A stretch of 51,525 bases of DNA from Octopus sinensis (taxonomy: Eukaryota): NCBI RefSeq assembly GCF_006345805.1, contig NW_021832759.1:1-51525 (forward strand), read 5' to 3'. The notes beneath the pieces were generated by a model. That model was not told where the DNA came from. It saw only the letters and a program-made list of their open reading frames with translations, and made no database searches. The number at the start of each line of letters is the position of its first letter. Position 1 is the stretch's first letter. The translations under genes and the position numbers were made by a program. This document shows, one piece after another, positions 10,050-23,447 of this stretch.

Positions 10050-12665
10050 CAACGAACCCCCTATAGTCCACCCATCCAACAACCACATTCCTACCACATC
10101 TCCTACAGATCTCCAAACCCTCACATCCCACACGAACCCAATCACCACAACTACATACCCCCCTACATCCCCCCATACAATCTACCAGACACACACCCAC
10201 AAACCCATCGCATTTCTCACAAATCCTTACACCATCGCATCCCATACCAACACAAATACGACAACTACCCACCCCCCTCCAACCTCCCCACCCAAAAACA
10301 CTCCTACACATACAACCAGAACTTTAACAAAGAATACACCCCTTACCTCAACAACCATTTTTTAGACAGAGGGGAAAAATACAAACACCACCGCTAACAC
10401 AGACCCAAAATAAGAAAACAAAAATTATAAACCTCTCCAGCAAAACACTGACACCAACCCAAATCAACATCCTAGCAAGAGGTTTGAAATTCACACCCAC
10501 CCCAAGAACACCCAACCCCCCGGAGGTCAAGGATGACGTTTCTGAATTCTGCAGAAAACTTCGCCTAACAGAAGCTTTGACAGATATCAACAATGGGGAC
10601 GACTCATTGATCAGAAATAAAAGCAACTTCCTACCACCAAAAGGGAGAAATAAAACACTGGACGATTTCTGTAAACACATCCAGAGTCTCCCCTTTACCC
10701 CAAGCAAAACCAAGGTAAAATCCAATTTCAGCAAGGAAGAATGGGAAAACCTACGTGACATACAACTGGATAAAAACCTCACCATCAAAGAAGCGGACAA
10801 AGGGAGTGCTGTGGTCCTTATGGACACGGAATTTTATAAACACCTAGTGTTCTCATGCTTAACAATAACATTTTCTATGAGGTTTTATAACAACTACAAA
10901 CAGCAAAAAACAATCAGAAACCTCACCACACTCATACGCCAACACGGTCAGGGACTCACAGAAAAAGAAAGGGATTATATCACCATTTTCAAATGCAAGC
11001 CCAGCCTTTTTTATGGCCTTCCTAAAATCCATGAAAACAAATACATCACCGAAGCCTGCAAACTCTCCACTGACATCCACATCAACATCAAAGCACCGGA
11101 GGACCTAAAACTAAGGCCCATCGTGGTGGTACCTCCTGTGAAACACACCGCCTGAGTAACTTCCTAGACATCCTTTTGAAACCTTTCCTTACCCACATCA
11201 AAAGTTTCATTAGGGATGATCTGGACATGCTCAAAACCTCCCGAAAACAGTTAACGAGGAGGCACTCCTGGTATCCTTTGATGTCATCAACCTCTACACC
11301 AACATTCCACATGAGTATGGTATAGAGGCAATTGACTTCTGGCTAGAAAAACACCCAGAGACATTCCCTGACCGCATTAACAAGTCTTTTATTACAGAAT
11401 CTCTTAAGTTCATTCTGACAAACAATTTTTTTCTCTTCGACGACACACACTACCGTCAAAAATGTGGCATTGCGATGGGTACCAAGGCTGCACCAGTCCT
11501 TGCGAACCTCATAATGGGTTACTTCGAACTGTCACTCTATGAAATATCAAGCCAGAAATTTGGACATGTTTTCCACACCTACCTAATGGAAAACTGGAAA
11601 AGGTATTTAGATGATTGTTTCATCATATGGAAAGAACCTTATGAAAAACTCCTGGAATTCAAAACCATACTAAACAACATACATCCCAACATCCAATTCA
11701 CTATGGAATTAAGCAAACATCATCTCCCATTCCTTGATCTCCTAATATAAAAACACCTAAGAACCAAATCATAACAGACATCTACCACAAACCTACAGAC
11801 TCACAACAATACCTCCTCTTAGTTCATGCCACCCAAAACACACCAAGACAAATATCCCTTTCAATTTAGCTAAAAGGGTATGCACCATTGTCTCGGATCC
11901 AAAAACACGAGAAATACGCCTTCAAGACCTCAAAAAAACACTATTACAACGTCAATATCCCTCCACCCTTATAGAGTATGGAATAAAACGCGCCAAAGAA
12001 CTAGACAACACTACACTGAAAACCACCCAACCTAACACCACACACAACCTCAAAATACTTCCATACATTTCCACCCACAACCCCAAAAATATCGAAGCAT
12101 ACACCACAATCATACAAAACCTCAGTCTACTGTCAACAGACCCAAAAATGAAAAACATATAAATACACACAAAATCCTCAAATGCAAAAGGCAACACAAA
12201 TCTTTAAAAAAACTCTGACAAATGCCAAACTTCACACACCACATCCACCCCCAACAGTAAAAAAATGTGCACGCTCAAACTGTGGTACCTGCCCCTTTCT
12301 ACTTGAAGGCTCTGAATTTACCTTCAAACAAGGTACGAAGTTTAAAATCAAGACTAACTTCTGTTCCTCCGAGAACCTTATCTACGTTCTCACATGCGCT
12401 GGTTGCCAACATAATTATGTGGACAAACGAGTCTCCCGTTACGTAAACGAGTAACGGTGCATAAAGAACAAATAAATCTCCCGGAATACCGACAAATTCC
12501 ACTGAGTGACCACTTAGACTCATGTGCTAAAGACTTAAACCCCAAATTCTATATATTCCCCTTCTACCAATGTAAAGACGGGATCACCACACAGGAGAGA
12601 ATTAACAAGGAGAATCCTTTATTGAAAAATTCCAAACACAACTTAATATGCAAACTCCTCGTTGA
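10050..12665 (+). pseudogene. PLE ORF (reverse transcriptase, Cys-rich linker, GIY-YIG endonuclease), frameshifted as assembled
   Basis: Motifs across frames: NLSSKTL..LARGLKFTPTP, IKEADKGSAVVLMD, FYGLPKIH, LRPIV, LLVSFDVINLYTNIP, QKCGIAMGTKAAPVLANL, WKRYLDDCF, IQFTME..LPFLDL, DIYHKPTDSQQYL, SCHPKH, CARSNCGTCPF, NLIYVLTCAGCQHNYV(G)QT..LRKRVTVH, HLDSC, RINKE..QLN. Stop at 12663-12665. Confidence 0.93.
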
Positions 12666-13295
12666 TCAAACTTCCTTTCTCTACCTCACTTTTCATGGAT
12701 GGACTAACACAAATATATAAAGATACCATGCATTCATCACTTCAAGCTAAAACTTATATTCTTTAAATATCATTTTTACTATTGTTGTTATTACTATCAT
12801 TTTATTATAAATGATATGACAATTTGAAATGCAATTGTCTATGCAGATTTATATTATTAGAAAATAATGTAAATAAAGTGTTAAAAATCTGAAAGTTAAG
12901 TTAACAAGCAATTATATAAAAAAGATAATGCAAATGAAGCTAAAATGATAGTTTTATAATTTGGGTTTTATTGAAGAACTCAAAAAGTTGTCTCCCCTTA
13001 CTCACAACACAGGAACTGAAGAACCAGGACCACAATTACTACTACTTCCTGTCCTGCAAACATGCTGAATTTAACAACACAACACACACATGCTCTTAAT
13101 CCCTTTGGATCTTAACACCTCAAGGTAATTTTTTCGTAAACAACCATAAAACGCAAGATACACAACGAACTCACAATGTATCGGAGAACTTATTTTTTAA
13201 TTTTTGTACATTTTTATCATTATTCTTTTACAAAAAACAATGCAATTTTCTTTTTTTCCCCTTTCTAATTTTTAAAAAACTTCTTAAAACATAAA

Positions 13296-13336
13296 TATTC
13301 TTGACAAGTCATACAATGACGAAAACCGGTTGAATA
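13296..13336 (+). ncRNA. Minimal type-I hammerhead ribozyme, U3:A8 core variant
   Basis: tattc-TTGACAA-gtcat(aca)atgac-GAAA-accgGTT-gaata: 5-bp stem I, 5-bp stem II, palindromic accggt stem III. There is one extra A after GAAA. It lies where PLE hammerheads are expected. Confidence 0.65.
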
Positions 13337-13427
13337 AATATACATTTATATATTTTATCATTTTCTCATTTTATTAAAATTTTCTTTCATTTGAGCATTC
13401 TGCATTTTTAAAAAAAATTTTTCCTTA

Positions 13428-13508
<81 letters not shown>

Positions 13509-13704
13509 TTAATCCAAACAAGAAAACACAGAAAAAAAGAGAAAAAACACAGCAACGCAGGACGTGGAACAATTAAAGTATTATTGACGCTCAGGAAAGA
13601 AGGGATATATATATATATTATAATTATATTAATATATATATATATATATATATATGAAGAGATATAGGCACAGACAGAGAGACAGACAGATAGATACCTC
13701 TTTC

Positions 13705-13925
13705 CGAAGGTTAATGGTTTCAGAGTTTGGTACAAAGCCAACAAGTACGAGGGGAGTAAACCTATTATATCGACCCCAGTACTCAGCTGTTACCTATTTT
13801 ATCGACCCCCGAAAGTTTGAAAGGGAAAGTCGACCTTGGAGGAATTTGAAACCCATAACGTAAAAACGGGCGAAACACCTCTAAGCATTTGTCTCGGAGC
13901 GCCAACGATTCTGCTCTCTCACAGC
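13705..13925 (-). mobile_element. SINE group B, diverged, alternative tail
   Basis: atcgaccccagtact..atcgacccccgaaag..gaaagtcgacctt..ggaatttgaa..gcgaaa..taagcattt is the reverse complement of group B. Confidence 0.75.
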
Positions 13926-14134
13926 ATTTCTTTCCGCTACAGACTGACACACAGAGATACAGGTACCTGCAATAAATATGCACATATATAAATATTAATA
14001 CGTTCACACACAGACACACATACAACACACACACACACAAAGCACATGAGCACGCACACGCACACACACGTACACATTCTCACAAACATAAAACACACAC
14101 ACACAGTAACGTACACACACACGGACATATACAT

Positions 14135-14290
14135 ACGACGGGCTTCTTTCAGTTTCCGAATTTACTCACAAACCTTTGGTCGGCCCGAGGCTACAGTAGA
14201 AGACGGTTGGCCAAGGTGCCAGACAGTGGGACTGAACTGGGAACCATGTAGTTGAGAAGCAGACTTCTTACCACGCAGTCACATGTGCGT
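14135..14290 (-). mobile_element. SINE group A 5' half
   Basis: acgacgggcttctttcagtttccg..ggtcggcccgaggcta..cagtgggactgaac..cttaccac. Confidence 0.85.
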
Positions 14291-14320
14291 ATATAGATTG
14301 ATAATTTTGATAAGCATTTT

Positions 14321-14861
14321 AGGCGGCGAGCTGGCAGAAACGTTAGCACGCCGAGCGATATGCGTAGCCGTGTTTCGTCTGCCGTTACGTTCTGAGTTCA
14401 AATTCCACCGAGCTCGACTTTGCCTTTCATCCTTTCGGGATCGATTAAATAAGTACCATTAACGCACTGGGGTCGATATAATCGACTTAATCCGTTTGTC
14501 TGTCCTTGTTTGTCCTCTCTGTATTTAGCCCCCCTTGTACTTATTTAATCGACCCTGAAATGATGAAAGGTAAAGTCGACCTCGGCGGAATTTGAACTCA
14601 GAACGTAGCGGCAGACGAAATACCTATTTCTTTACTACCCACAAGGGGCTAAACACAGAGAGGACAAACAAGGATAGACAAACGGATTAAGTCGATTATA
14701 TGGACCTCAGTGCGTAACTGGTACTTATTTAATCGATCCTGAAAGGATGAAAGGCAAAATCGACCTTGGCGGAATTTAAACTCAGAACGTAAAGACAGAC
14801 GAAATACCTCCAAGCACTTCGCCCGGCGGTTTAACTAATGATTCCGCTAGCCCGCCGCCTT
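14321..14861. mobile_element. Two SINE B copies fused tail-to-tail: plus monomer (14321-14538) and minus head plus ~1.5 units (14537-14861)
   Basis: Starts aggcggcgagctggcagaa and ends gctagcccgccgcctt. gtacttatttaatcga recurs at 14537 and 14721 (period 184). Confidence 0.9.
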
Positions 14862-15752
14862 AAAGCAGTAAATAACAGAAATTACATATAGCTTTACATA
14901 TTTGCCTCATGATTCACTATTCCAAAATGAAGTATTTCACGCTATCTCTAAAGTTAATAAAATTTGAAAACTATGGTGGCAGTTGAAAACTATTGTGGCA
15001 ATGTAATGGCTGAAACCAATGAAAGTTAAAAGATATTTCGTAATAGTAATTAATCCGGATTATCTTTTGTCAGAAGCTCTAATAGCATAAGCAAGACAAT
15101 GAACCTGAGAAAGGAATATAGCAATTACCGCCACGTCTTTTTTTAAAAGCATAATCTTTTTAGCGATCAGATATTATTTTCTGAACTATTTAATTTCTCT
15201 TCATCTGACGTGTTGGCGGCGATGACATCGTCTATATTTGTCACACAATCCTTTACTACAGATAATTGCTATACACATACACGCAAACACGCACGCACGC
15301 GCACACACATACACACACGTACATACATATGTGTGTGTGTGTGTGTGTGTGTATAGGGAGAAATAAGTTCTAAAAGAACAATTCAAACTTTTTGAGAGAT
15401 TCAAAAAGAGAGGCAAAATGATTTCTAATAAAAATTCATCATATCCATAAAAAACAGCCAGAGCAAGTAATAAAAATAGGAAAACATTTCGTTATAGGTA
15501 TAAATATACCATATATTTATACCTATAAAGAAATTTTTCAAAGATATATATATATATCGAAATTGCAAAGATAATCTGGAACTCGACTGAGGATAGAAAA
15601 CTCCGATTGATCCGTCCTTGTTTTCCTTGTATCGTCTGTCTGGATATTTTGTTTTCCGTTTTTTGTTTCACCTAACTGCCTTGAAGTTTTGCTTTCTTGT
15701 CCCATTTTTGTATTTTTATCATCATCATCATCATTATATATATATATATATG

Positions 15753-15790
<38 letters not shown>

Positions 15791-16134
15791 TAATATAATG
15801 ATGATGTAATAATAAAATACAAAAATGGGACAAGAAATATATATATATTATATATATTTATTATATAGAAGAGCTTCTACAGGACTAGAACTGTTCATTC
15901 AGAGAAATCTTCAGGAAAAGCTAGTTAACAAGAATTGTATTGGCATTTATACATTTAGGCAGGTTTAAAGGGGGGGTGGTGGGGACTTTTTGGGGGTAGG
16001 CATAGCGCAAAATATCATACTTGGGGGAGTGGTCAAGGAGTCAGTGGTAAATTAGATAAAAGAATAAATAAAAAAGTAAAAAAATATATATAAAAAAGAA
16101 TAGAGTTTTAGGTAAATAAGGAGATTCTCACTTA

Positions 16135-16452
16135 TACCTATACACATATGTATACATATATACACACACATACATACATATATACATACACACATACATA
16201 CACACACACACATATACATATATATACACATACACATACATATACATATCTACACATACACATATATATATACATACACTCACTCACATGCATACACGTA
16301 TACACACATGTATATATACACACACACACCACACATACATATGCAGACAGAAAAAATATATATACACTACACCATACACACATGCACACACAGCACACTA
16401 GTCCCTATATACACATATATACACATACACACATATATATACATACACATAC

Positions 16453-16483
<31 letters not shown>

Positions 16484-16892
16484 CATATGTGTACCTATAC
16501 ATACCTACACATACACACATATATATACATACAAATACAGACCCATTCCCTAATTTTAATTTTATTATCTTCATTTATTACTTTTGTTATCTTTGACCGC
16601 TGGTCCCAAGGATCTTGGCTATGACAGCAAGTCCATTTATCTGTCTACTTGAAAACAAGCACTCATTCACGCACGCACACTCATTAGCACGTACACTCAC
16701 TCATTCATACACTCATACACATACACGCACGCACGCGTTATATTCATACATACATACATCTACATACCTTCACGTATATACACATACGTACGCGTACCTA
16801 CAGATTCATGTCTACACTCTTAGAAGGCTAGTCTATACATATACACCAATAAATATATATATACACACACATACATATACACCTACATACAA

Positions 16893-16938
<46 letters not shown>

Positions 16939-17359
16939 ATACACATATATATACATACATATATATATACACAAATATATATACACACATATATATACAC
17001 ATACACATACATACATATACACACATACACATACATACGTATACATACATACATACATCCATACATACATACATTTATACACATACACACACCCATATAT
17101 ATATATACATACACACACATACATACATATACATACATACATATACAAATATACGCACACACATACATACATACACATATACACATACACGCAAATACAC
17201 ATGTACATGCGTACCCATACACACACACACACACACGCGCATCCATATATACACACACACACATATACATGTGTGCAAACATACATACATACTCATACAC
17301 GCACACACACTTACATATACATATATGCACACACTTACACACATATATCCATACACATA

Positions 17360-17392
<33 letters not shown>

Positions 17393-17510
17393 GCATACAT
17401 ACACACACACATATATATATACATACATACACATACACATACCTATACATATATATACACACATACATATACACATGCACATACTTATATCTCTACATAC
17501 TCGCATATAC

Positions 17511-17541
<31 letters not shown>

Positions 17542-18097
17542 TACATATACCCATATACATGTATATATACACACACATATATATATATATACACATCTAC
17601 AATTTGTATCTACACTCACATACATGCACATACACATAACTCTACATACCTACATATACATCGACATACTCGCGTACACTCATATATATATACACATATA
17701 TACATATACACACACACATACACATATACATATACATATATATATATATATATAAATATATACATAATACACATATACACACACATACACATATATATAT
17801 ATACTATATATATAACCCCACACACACACACAACATATATATACAATACATACATATATATATATACAATATATTATACATATATATATGACATACATAC
17901 ATACATACATACATACATACATACATGCATACATATATATATATGTATATGCATGCATTTATATATATATGTATTTTATATATATGTATATATATATATA
18001 TATATACATATATAATACATACATACATACATACATATATATTATATATATATGTATATGCATGCATATATATATATGTATATTTATATATGTATAT

Positions 18098-18153
<56 letters not shown>

Positions 18154-18180
18154 ATATATATATATTATATACACACACAT
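16135..18180. repeat. ~2-kb compound (CA)/(TA)/(CATA) microsatellite
   Basis: Directly visible, briefly interrupted at ~16540-16830. Confidence 0.95.
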
Positions 18181-18612
18181 CTTAATATTAGGAATATTAT
18201 TCCAAACTTACAGGCATTTCGAATAAATTTAAGCGTATCTCAGAAATGGTTAAAGCAGCTTTTATATTTAGCGTTTCTTTTTTTTTTTCACATTCTATTT
18301 GAATATTTAATAAGAACCATCACTTTAATTGAAATACTTTTATTGCATTAAAATTTGAATTTGACCGATATAATTTTAAATGTTACATGTACGATAAATT
18401 TATAAGTTTATTAATTAAGTTTCCACTGGCGAAGAGTACCACGTACCTAATTGAAATTTTATCAAATTATCATTGATATATATCGAATTATCTTCAATAT
18501 TTAATTCATTTTATTCATGTATATTACCGACAGAATTAGCATTACGTCACTTGGTATTTTTTAGAATTGTCTTCACAATTTTTAATATATTGGAAATTAT
18601 TATTATCACCAT

Positions 18613-18672
18613 CATTCTTCTTCTTCTTCTTCTTCTTCTTCTTCTTCTTCTTCTCTTCTTCTTTCTTCTTCT

Positions 18673-18707
<35 letters not shown>

Positions 18708-18795
18708 CTTCTTCTTTCTTCTTCTTCTTCTTCTTCTTCTTCTTCTTCTCTTTCTCTTCTTCTTCTTCTTCTCCTCCTTCTTCTTCTTCTTCTTA
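18613..18795. repeat. (CTT)n microsatellite
   Basis: Directly visible. Confidence 0.95.
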
Positions 18796-18811
18796 TATTA
18801 TTTATTATAAT

Positions 18812-19361
18812 GAGTGAGAGAGCAGTGCATGCCATCAAGTGACACTGGGGTAAAATATACGAAGCCCAATATACCCATCATGACTACCCGTCTGATAAGG
18901 GTACACCAGACACATGCATCACAACCATATGTGCGCGACATGGTGATCTCATATCAAGATAGACAGCACATGACCTTGCGGGTGGGGCCCAGTTAGAATT
19001 TTCTTCAGGTTGAGTAGCCCATCCCGCTCAAAAGGTCCCTGAATAAGGGTTGTTTAAGGATGTTGAACGAAACACCCCTGTTTCCAGAGGTGAATTATTC
19101 AAACCCCAAAGAATCCCTCTCAACACATGGCTATGATGCTCCCCCACTACTTCTGCTCGTGATCAGAGATGCACATATCGTCAGCCACTAAGGGACATGC
19201 TCAACTGGTTAAGGTCAAACAACTGACAAGCAAATCTTTGGTATTGAGCAGAATAGTTGCTGTAGCCCATCTTTTATACCAAGACAAAACAATGTACATG
19301 ATAACACTTCCAATCAGTTAAGATCAGAAGCCATGAGAGCCACTACCTGGTACTGCATCAG
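18812..19361 (-). mobile_element. Unclassified ~550-bp non-coding insertion within a (TTA)n tract, probably a retroposon
   Basis: Complex, higher-GC block with sharp edges, bounded by ttattataat and attattattattataa. Single copy in this window, so repeat status and strand are inferred. Confidence 0.45.
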
Positions 19362-19544
19362 ATTATTATTATTATAAACGTTAATGTTCAAGTCTTTCAC
19401 AATTATCTCCCTTTGGACTGGAACTATTTTGAATGGCGAATTTGTTAACTTTGGCTTGTATTAGATAAGGATAAACTATTCATTACTGTTACTAAATTTT
19501 CTACAACCACCTTCACATTATATGACTACCACTGGGAACGATCA

Positions 19545-19921
19545 GGTATCGAGTACTATGCCAAATTGCCGAGGTGGTGACGAAAGGCTATCTAGACTAA
19601 ACAGAAAAACTGACGAAAAGGAGGTTTTGTTTCGCCAGGAGAACGCACCAGTACTCAAGTCTTTGGTTTCAATGGATGCTGTGCGTAACGGCTGCTTTGA
19701 ACTGGTTGATAAGCCTTTATATTCTCCTAGTTAGGCGCAGGAGTGGCTGTGTGGTAAGTAGCTTGCTAACCAACCACATGGTTCTGGGTTCAGTCCCACT
19801 GCGTGGCATCTTGGGCAAGTGTCCTTCTGCATAGCCCCCGGGCCGACCAATGCCTTGTGAGTGGATTTGGTAGACGGAACTGAAAGAAGCCTGTCGTAAT
19901 ATGTATATTTATATATATATA

Positions 19922-19965
<44 letters not shown>

Positions 19966-20428
19966 GTGTGTGTGTTTGTGTGTCCCCCTAGCATTGCTTG
20001 ACACCGATGCTGGTGTGTTTTACGTCCCCGTCACTTAGCGGTTCGGCAAAAGAGACCGATAGAATAAGTACTGGGCTTACAAAGAATAAGTCCCGGCGTC
20101 GATTTGCTCGACTAAAGGCGGTGCTCCAGCATGGTCGCAGTCAAATGACTGAAACAAGTAAAAGAGTAGTTTGGCACCCATCTGTCTATCGTCTGATCCC
20201 CAACATTAAAAAAACCTCTTGTTTGGGAACCAGTATTGCAGTTATGTTGTTGATGACTGTTTTTAATAACAAGATTAAAACTTCTTGAACAATGGAATCG
20301 AAGCACTGCAGCACCAATGGAAGAAATGTGTTTGCCACTAGAACGCTACGCTTAAGATTAAACCTCATTTGGTCACATTCTCTGAAAGTATCTTGGTCAG
20401 CTGATGACCTTTTCAGTCGTGCCTCGTA
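19545..20428 (+). pseudogene. Mariner (DD34D) 3' fragment with right terminus, split by a SINE
   Basis: EYYAKL..KEVLFRQENAPVLKSLVSMDAVRNGCFELVDKPLYSPS, then the SINE, then LAP/SVYRLIPNIKK..FLNNGIEALQHQWKKCV. 34 residues separate the two mutated catalytic positions. It ends ...ttttcagtcgtgcctcg-TA, a mariner-like TIR end. Confidence 0.85.
19733..20166 (+). mobile_element. Full-length SINE group A with 5-bp TSD (tagtt)
   Basis: TSD at 19728-19732 and 20167-20171. It has a head with A/B boxes, a CORE-like cttgggcaagtgtc segment, a central TA/TG tract and a gtaaaagag tail. Confidence 0.95.
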
Positions 20429-21074
20429 TATATATTTTTATTGATACATAATTATTTGTAATAGAAATAAATATCTCATAAATATAATGAATATGTTATA
20501 TTACGAAAAATATCTTTTCTTTATTTGCATTATTATATTGATCTTGGTGAGAATCCATTTTATATTGAGATCAATAATATAAAAAAAATATTGATGACTA
20601 ATACGAAAAGACATTAGAAAATATAATCGCCGTACCCCTATTTCGTTAAACGTGAACATATATCGAATATATCCTAGAAACAAAAGCTTGTACTTCTAAC
20701 AGTAAAAGTAGACGAAGTGGTGTGGTGCCGTCATCAGCGGATACGAAAGAGAATGCCCCAACAATAGCAGGAGAGTGTTTAGCCTAATTTTATTTGGGGT
20801 TAAACAACATAATCGATATTACCACAACTTGTCAGCGACGCAGCCTCTATACTGTAGAAAGATCTGCTAAAACTAGCAGTTAGATCTAACTCAAATCTCA
20901 CTAAAACCTTTTAAAGACAACACACTTTGGATGATGTAGATCTAGATACAGTGTGATTGAGTAAGACGTGGTGAGTAAGCTCCTGGGGTGCCTTTGACAA
21001 AAAGTCTATTCGATCTTCACTGATATGGGCCTCAGCAACTGAAAGAACAGAATCGCGAAAGAGAAACAACAATA

Positions 21075-21276
21075 CTCTCTTTACTCTTTTACTTGTTTCA
21101 GTCATTTGACTGCGGCCATGCTGGAGCACCGCCTTTAGTCGAGCAAATCGACCCCGGGACTTATTCTTTGTAATCCCAGTACTTATCCTATCGGTCTCTT
21201 TTGCCGAACCGCGAAGTGACGGGGACGTAAACACACCAGCATCGGTTGTCAAGCAATGCTAGGGGGACTAACACAG

Positions 21277-21318
<42 letters not shown>

Positions 21319-21400
21319 GCATATATACGACAGGCTTCTTTCAGTTTCCGTCTACCAAATCCACTCACAAGGCATTGGTCGGCCCGGGGCTATAGCAGTA
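21075..21400 (-). mobile_element. SINE group A, 5'-truncated young copy
   Basis: Near-identical reverse complement of the 3' two-thirds of the 19733 copy. Confidence 0.92.
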
Positions 21401-21627
21401 GCTTTAAATTCGTCTCCGCCACCACTCTCACCAGCAGCAGCAGCACTAGTAGTACCACCACCACCACAACCACCACCACCACCACCATCAGCATCGCATC
21501 AACTCCTCCGCCGCCAACAGCAACATCGACAGCAAAGACAACGGCTACAATAACAGCGTCGACTCGGCTGAATGCATCTCTCAGAAAGACATGAACAGCA
21601 GAAAATTTGGCAAGAATTGCCAGCAAA

Positions 21628-21695
<68 letters not shown>

Positions 21696-22330
21696 CAACA
21701 ACGATAATGGCTTTGTTATTCAAACCTGAAGCCTTTTGTTCTTCCATTTCCCTTCATTTGTCTCTTGTCGACGTCTACAAAAATTCTGAAGACGTTTTGG
21801 ATTGCGAGAAAACATTAACTTTTTATATACACTTGCAAATTCCCAATGAATCGACTGCAAGACATGTAGTTGATACGATTCTCATGCATAGAATTTAATT
21901 GTTATCCTATGTTTATCGTGTACGCCCTAGTCATAAATTTTAGTTGCCTTTTCAGCCATGTTTCCTTCTGGTTCTTCCTCGCCCTACCGCTTCACCCTTC
22001 GCTCTAGTTTTAATTTGATTTCTTCTTGGTTCGTTTCGTTTAAGTATGGTTCGATTCGGTTCGTTTTTGTTTTTGTTTTGTATGCGGATGTGTGCGTGTA
22101 TACGTTTGTGTGTGTGTGTGTGTGCGTAAGTCCATGTGTGTGAGTGTGTGTGTGTATGTCTGTGCGTGTGTGTGTGTATGCAGGTGTGTAAATGTGTTGG
22201 GGTTTTCTGGTTATTTTGTATTTCATTGTATTTCAACTTTGTTAAATAAATGTATATAACACGAGTTTTCCATTAAGATTAATGTCTCTTGCTCAGATAT
22301 ATATATATATATTGTGTGTGTGTGCGCATG

Positions 22331-22361
<31 letters not shown>

Positions 22362-23269
22362 TTATATGTAAATAAGCATATATATACATATATATACGAA
22401 CGTACACAAATATACATTCATACGTATATGTATATATACGCATGAATGCTAGCAATCTATGCATACATATACGGATATATGTATATATAATAATATAATA
22501 TAATATATATATATATATAATATGTATACACAACATATATATATATATTATATATATATCTATATCTATCTATCTATCTATATAAATAAATATATATATA
22601 TATATATATATAACACATACATTATACATACATACAAACATACATACTATATATTATACTTATATGTATATATATACATATACATACATATTTGTAGATG
22701 TAAATATATATTATAGATATATATATATATATTATATAATATATGACATACACTTATATATATGTTTTATCTATCTATCTATCTATCTTACTATCTATAT
22801 ATCTATAACATGTGTGTTCGTTTTTGTGAGTGTGTGTGTATGGGTTTGTTTTCGTCGGTGTGTATACATCTACCAATGCGTAACTGCATCCTCATCAACC
22901 GTTGTATCGAATATTCATCTGAGAATGTTGTTGTTGCTGCTGTTTCTTTTCTGGTTAGTGTTATGTTTGTATATTCTAACTTTATTCCATTCCTGTATTT
23001 CTTAGAATTTCTCGTCTTTTTGTTGCCACCGTTGTTGTTGTTGTTGTTGTTGTTATTGTTGTAGCCATTTTCCTTGAAAGGTTTATTTTCGTTAAAGTAT
23101 TTGTTTTTATTTTCATTTTTTAAAAAAATTTTTGCTTTTCTATTTTTATTTGTTGTTGTTGCTTTATTGTCGGGTATATTTAGATATAAGTATGACTGAT
23201 CGACGTATCTCGAACTACAGTTTTTGTGGTATATATATATATTTTTTACCCCCTAAAGGTTTGTAACTA

Positions 23270-23406
23270 TCGAGTAGTAGTAGTGGTGGTGGTGGTGGTG
23301 TTGTCGGGAGAAGAAGAAGAAGAAGAATTAGGAAAAAAAGGCAAAAGTAGATGAAAAACTAAATAAAGATGAAGAGTTAGGAGAAAAGAAGAGAAATAAG
23401 GAGAAT

Positions 23407-23447
<41 letters not shown>

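Larger units (their letters stand above)
10050..13430 (+). mobile_element. Penelope-like retroelement (Neptune-like), 5'-truncated
   Basis: RT plus GIY-YIG coding region, then a ~760-bp AT-rich 3' region with a hammerhead-like motif and AATAAA (13333). The 3' end abuts (TA)n and the 5' end abuts a SINE head. Confidence 0.93.

Noticed and set aside
15865-15925. Minus-strand CTGAAGA..GAAC..GTC motif in a terminal-repeat-like block
   Set aside because: GAAA is incomplete and stem I is not adjacent to the core, so it cannot be supported.
16615-18015. 466-aa ORF and many similar YI/HT/CV-rich ORFs
   Set aside because: Translations of dinucleotide microsatellites that happen to lack stop codons.
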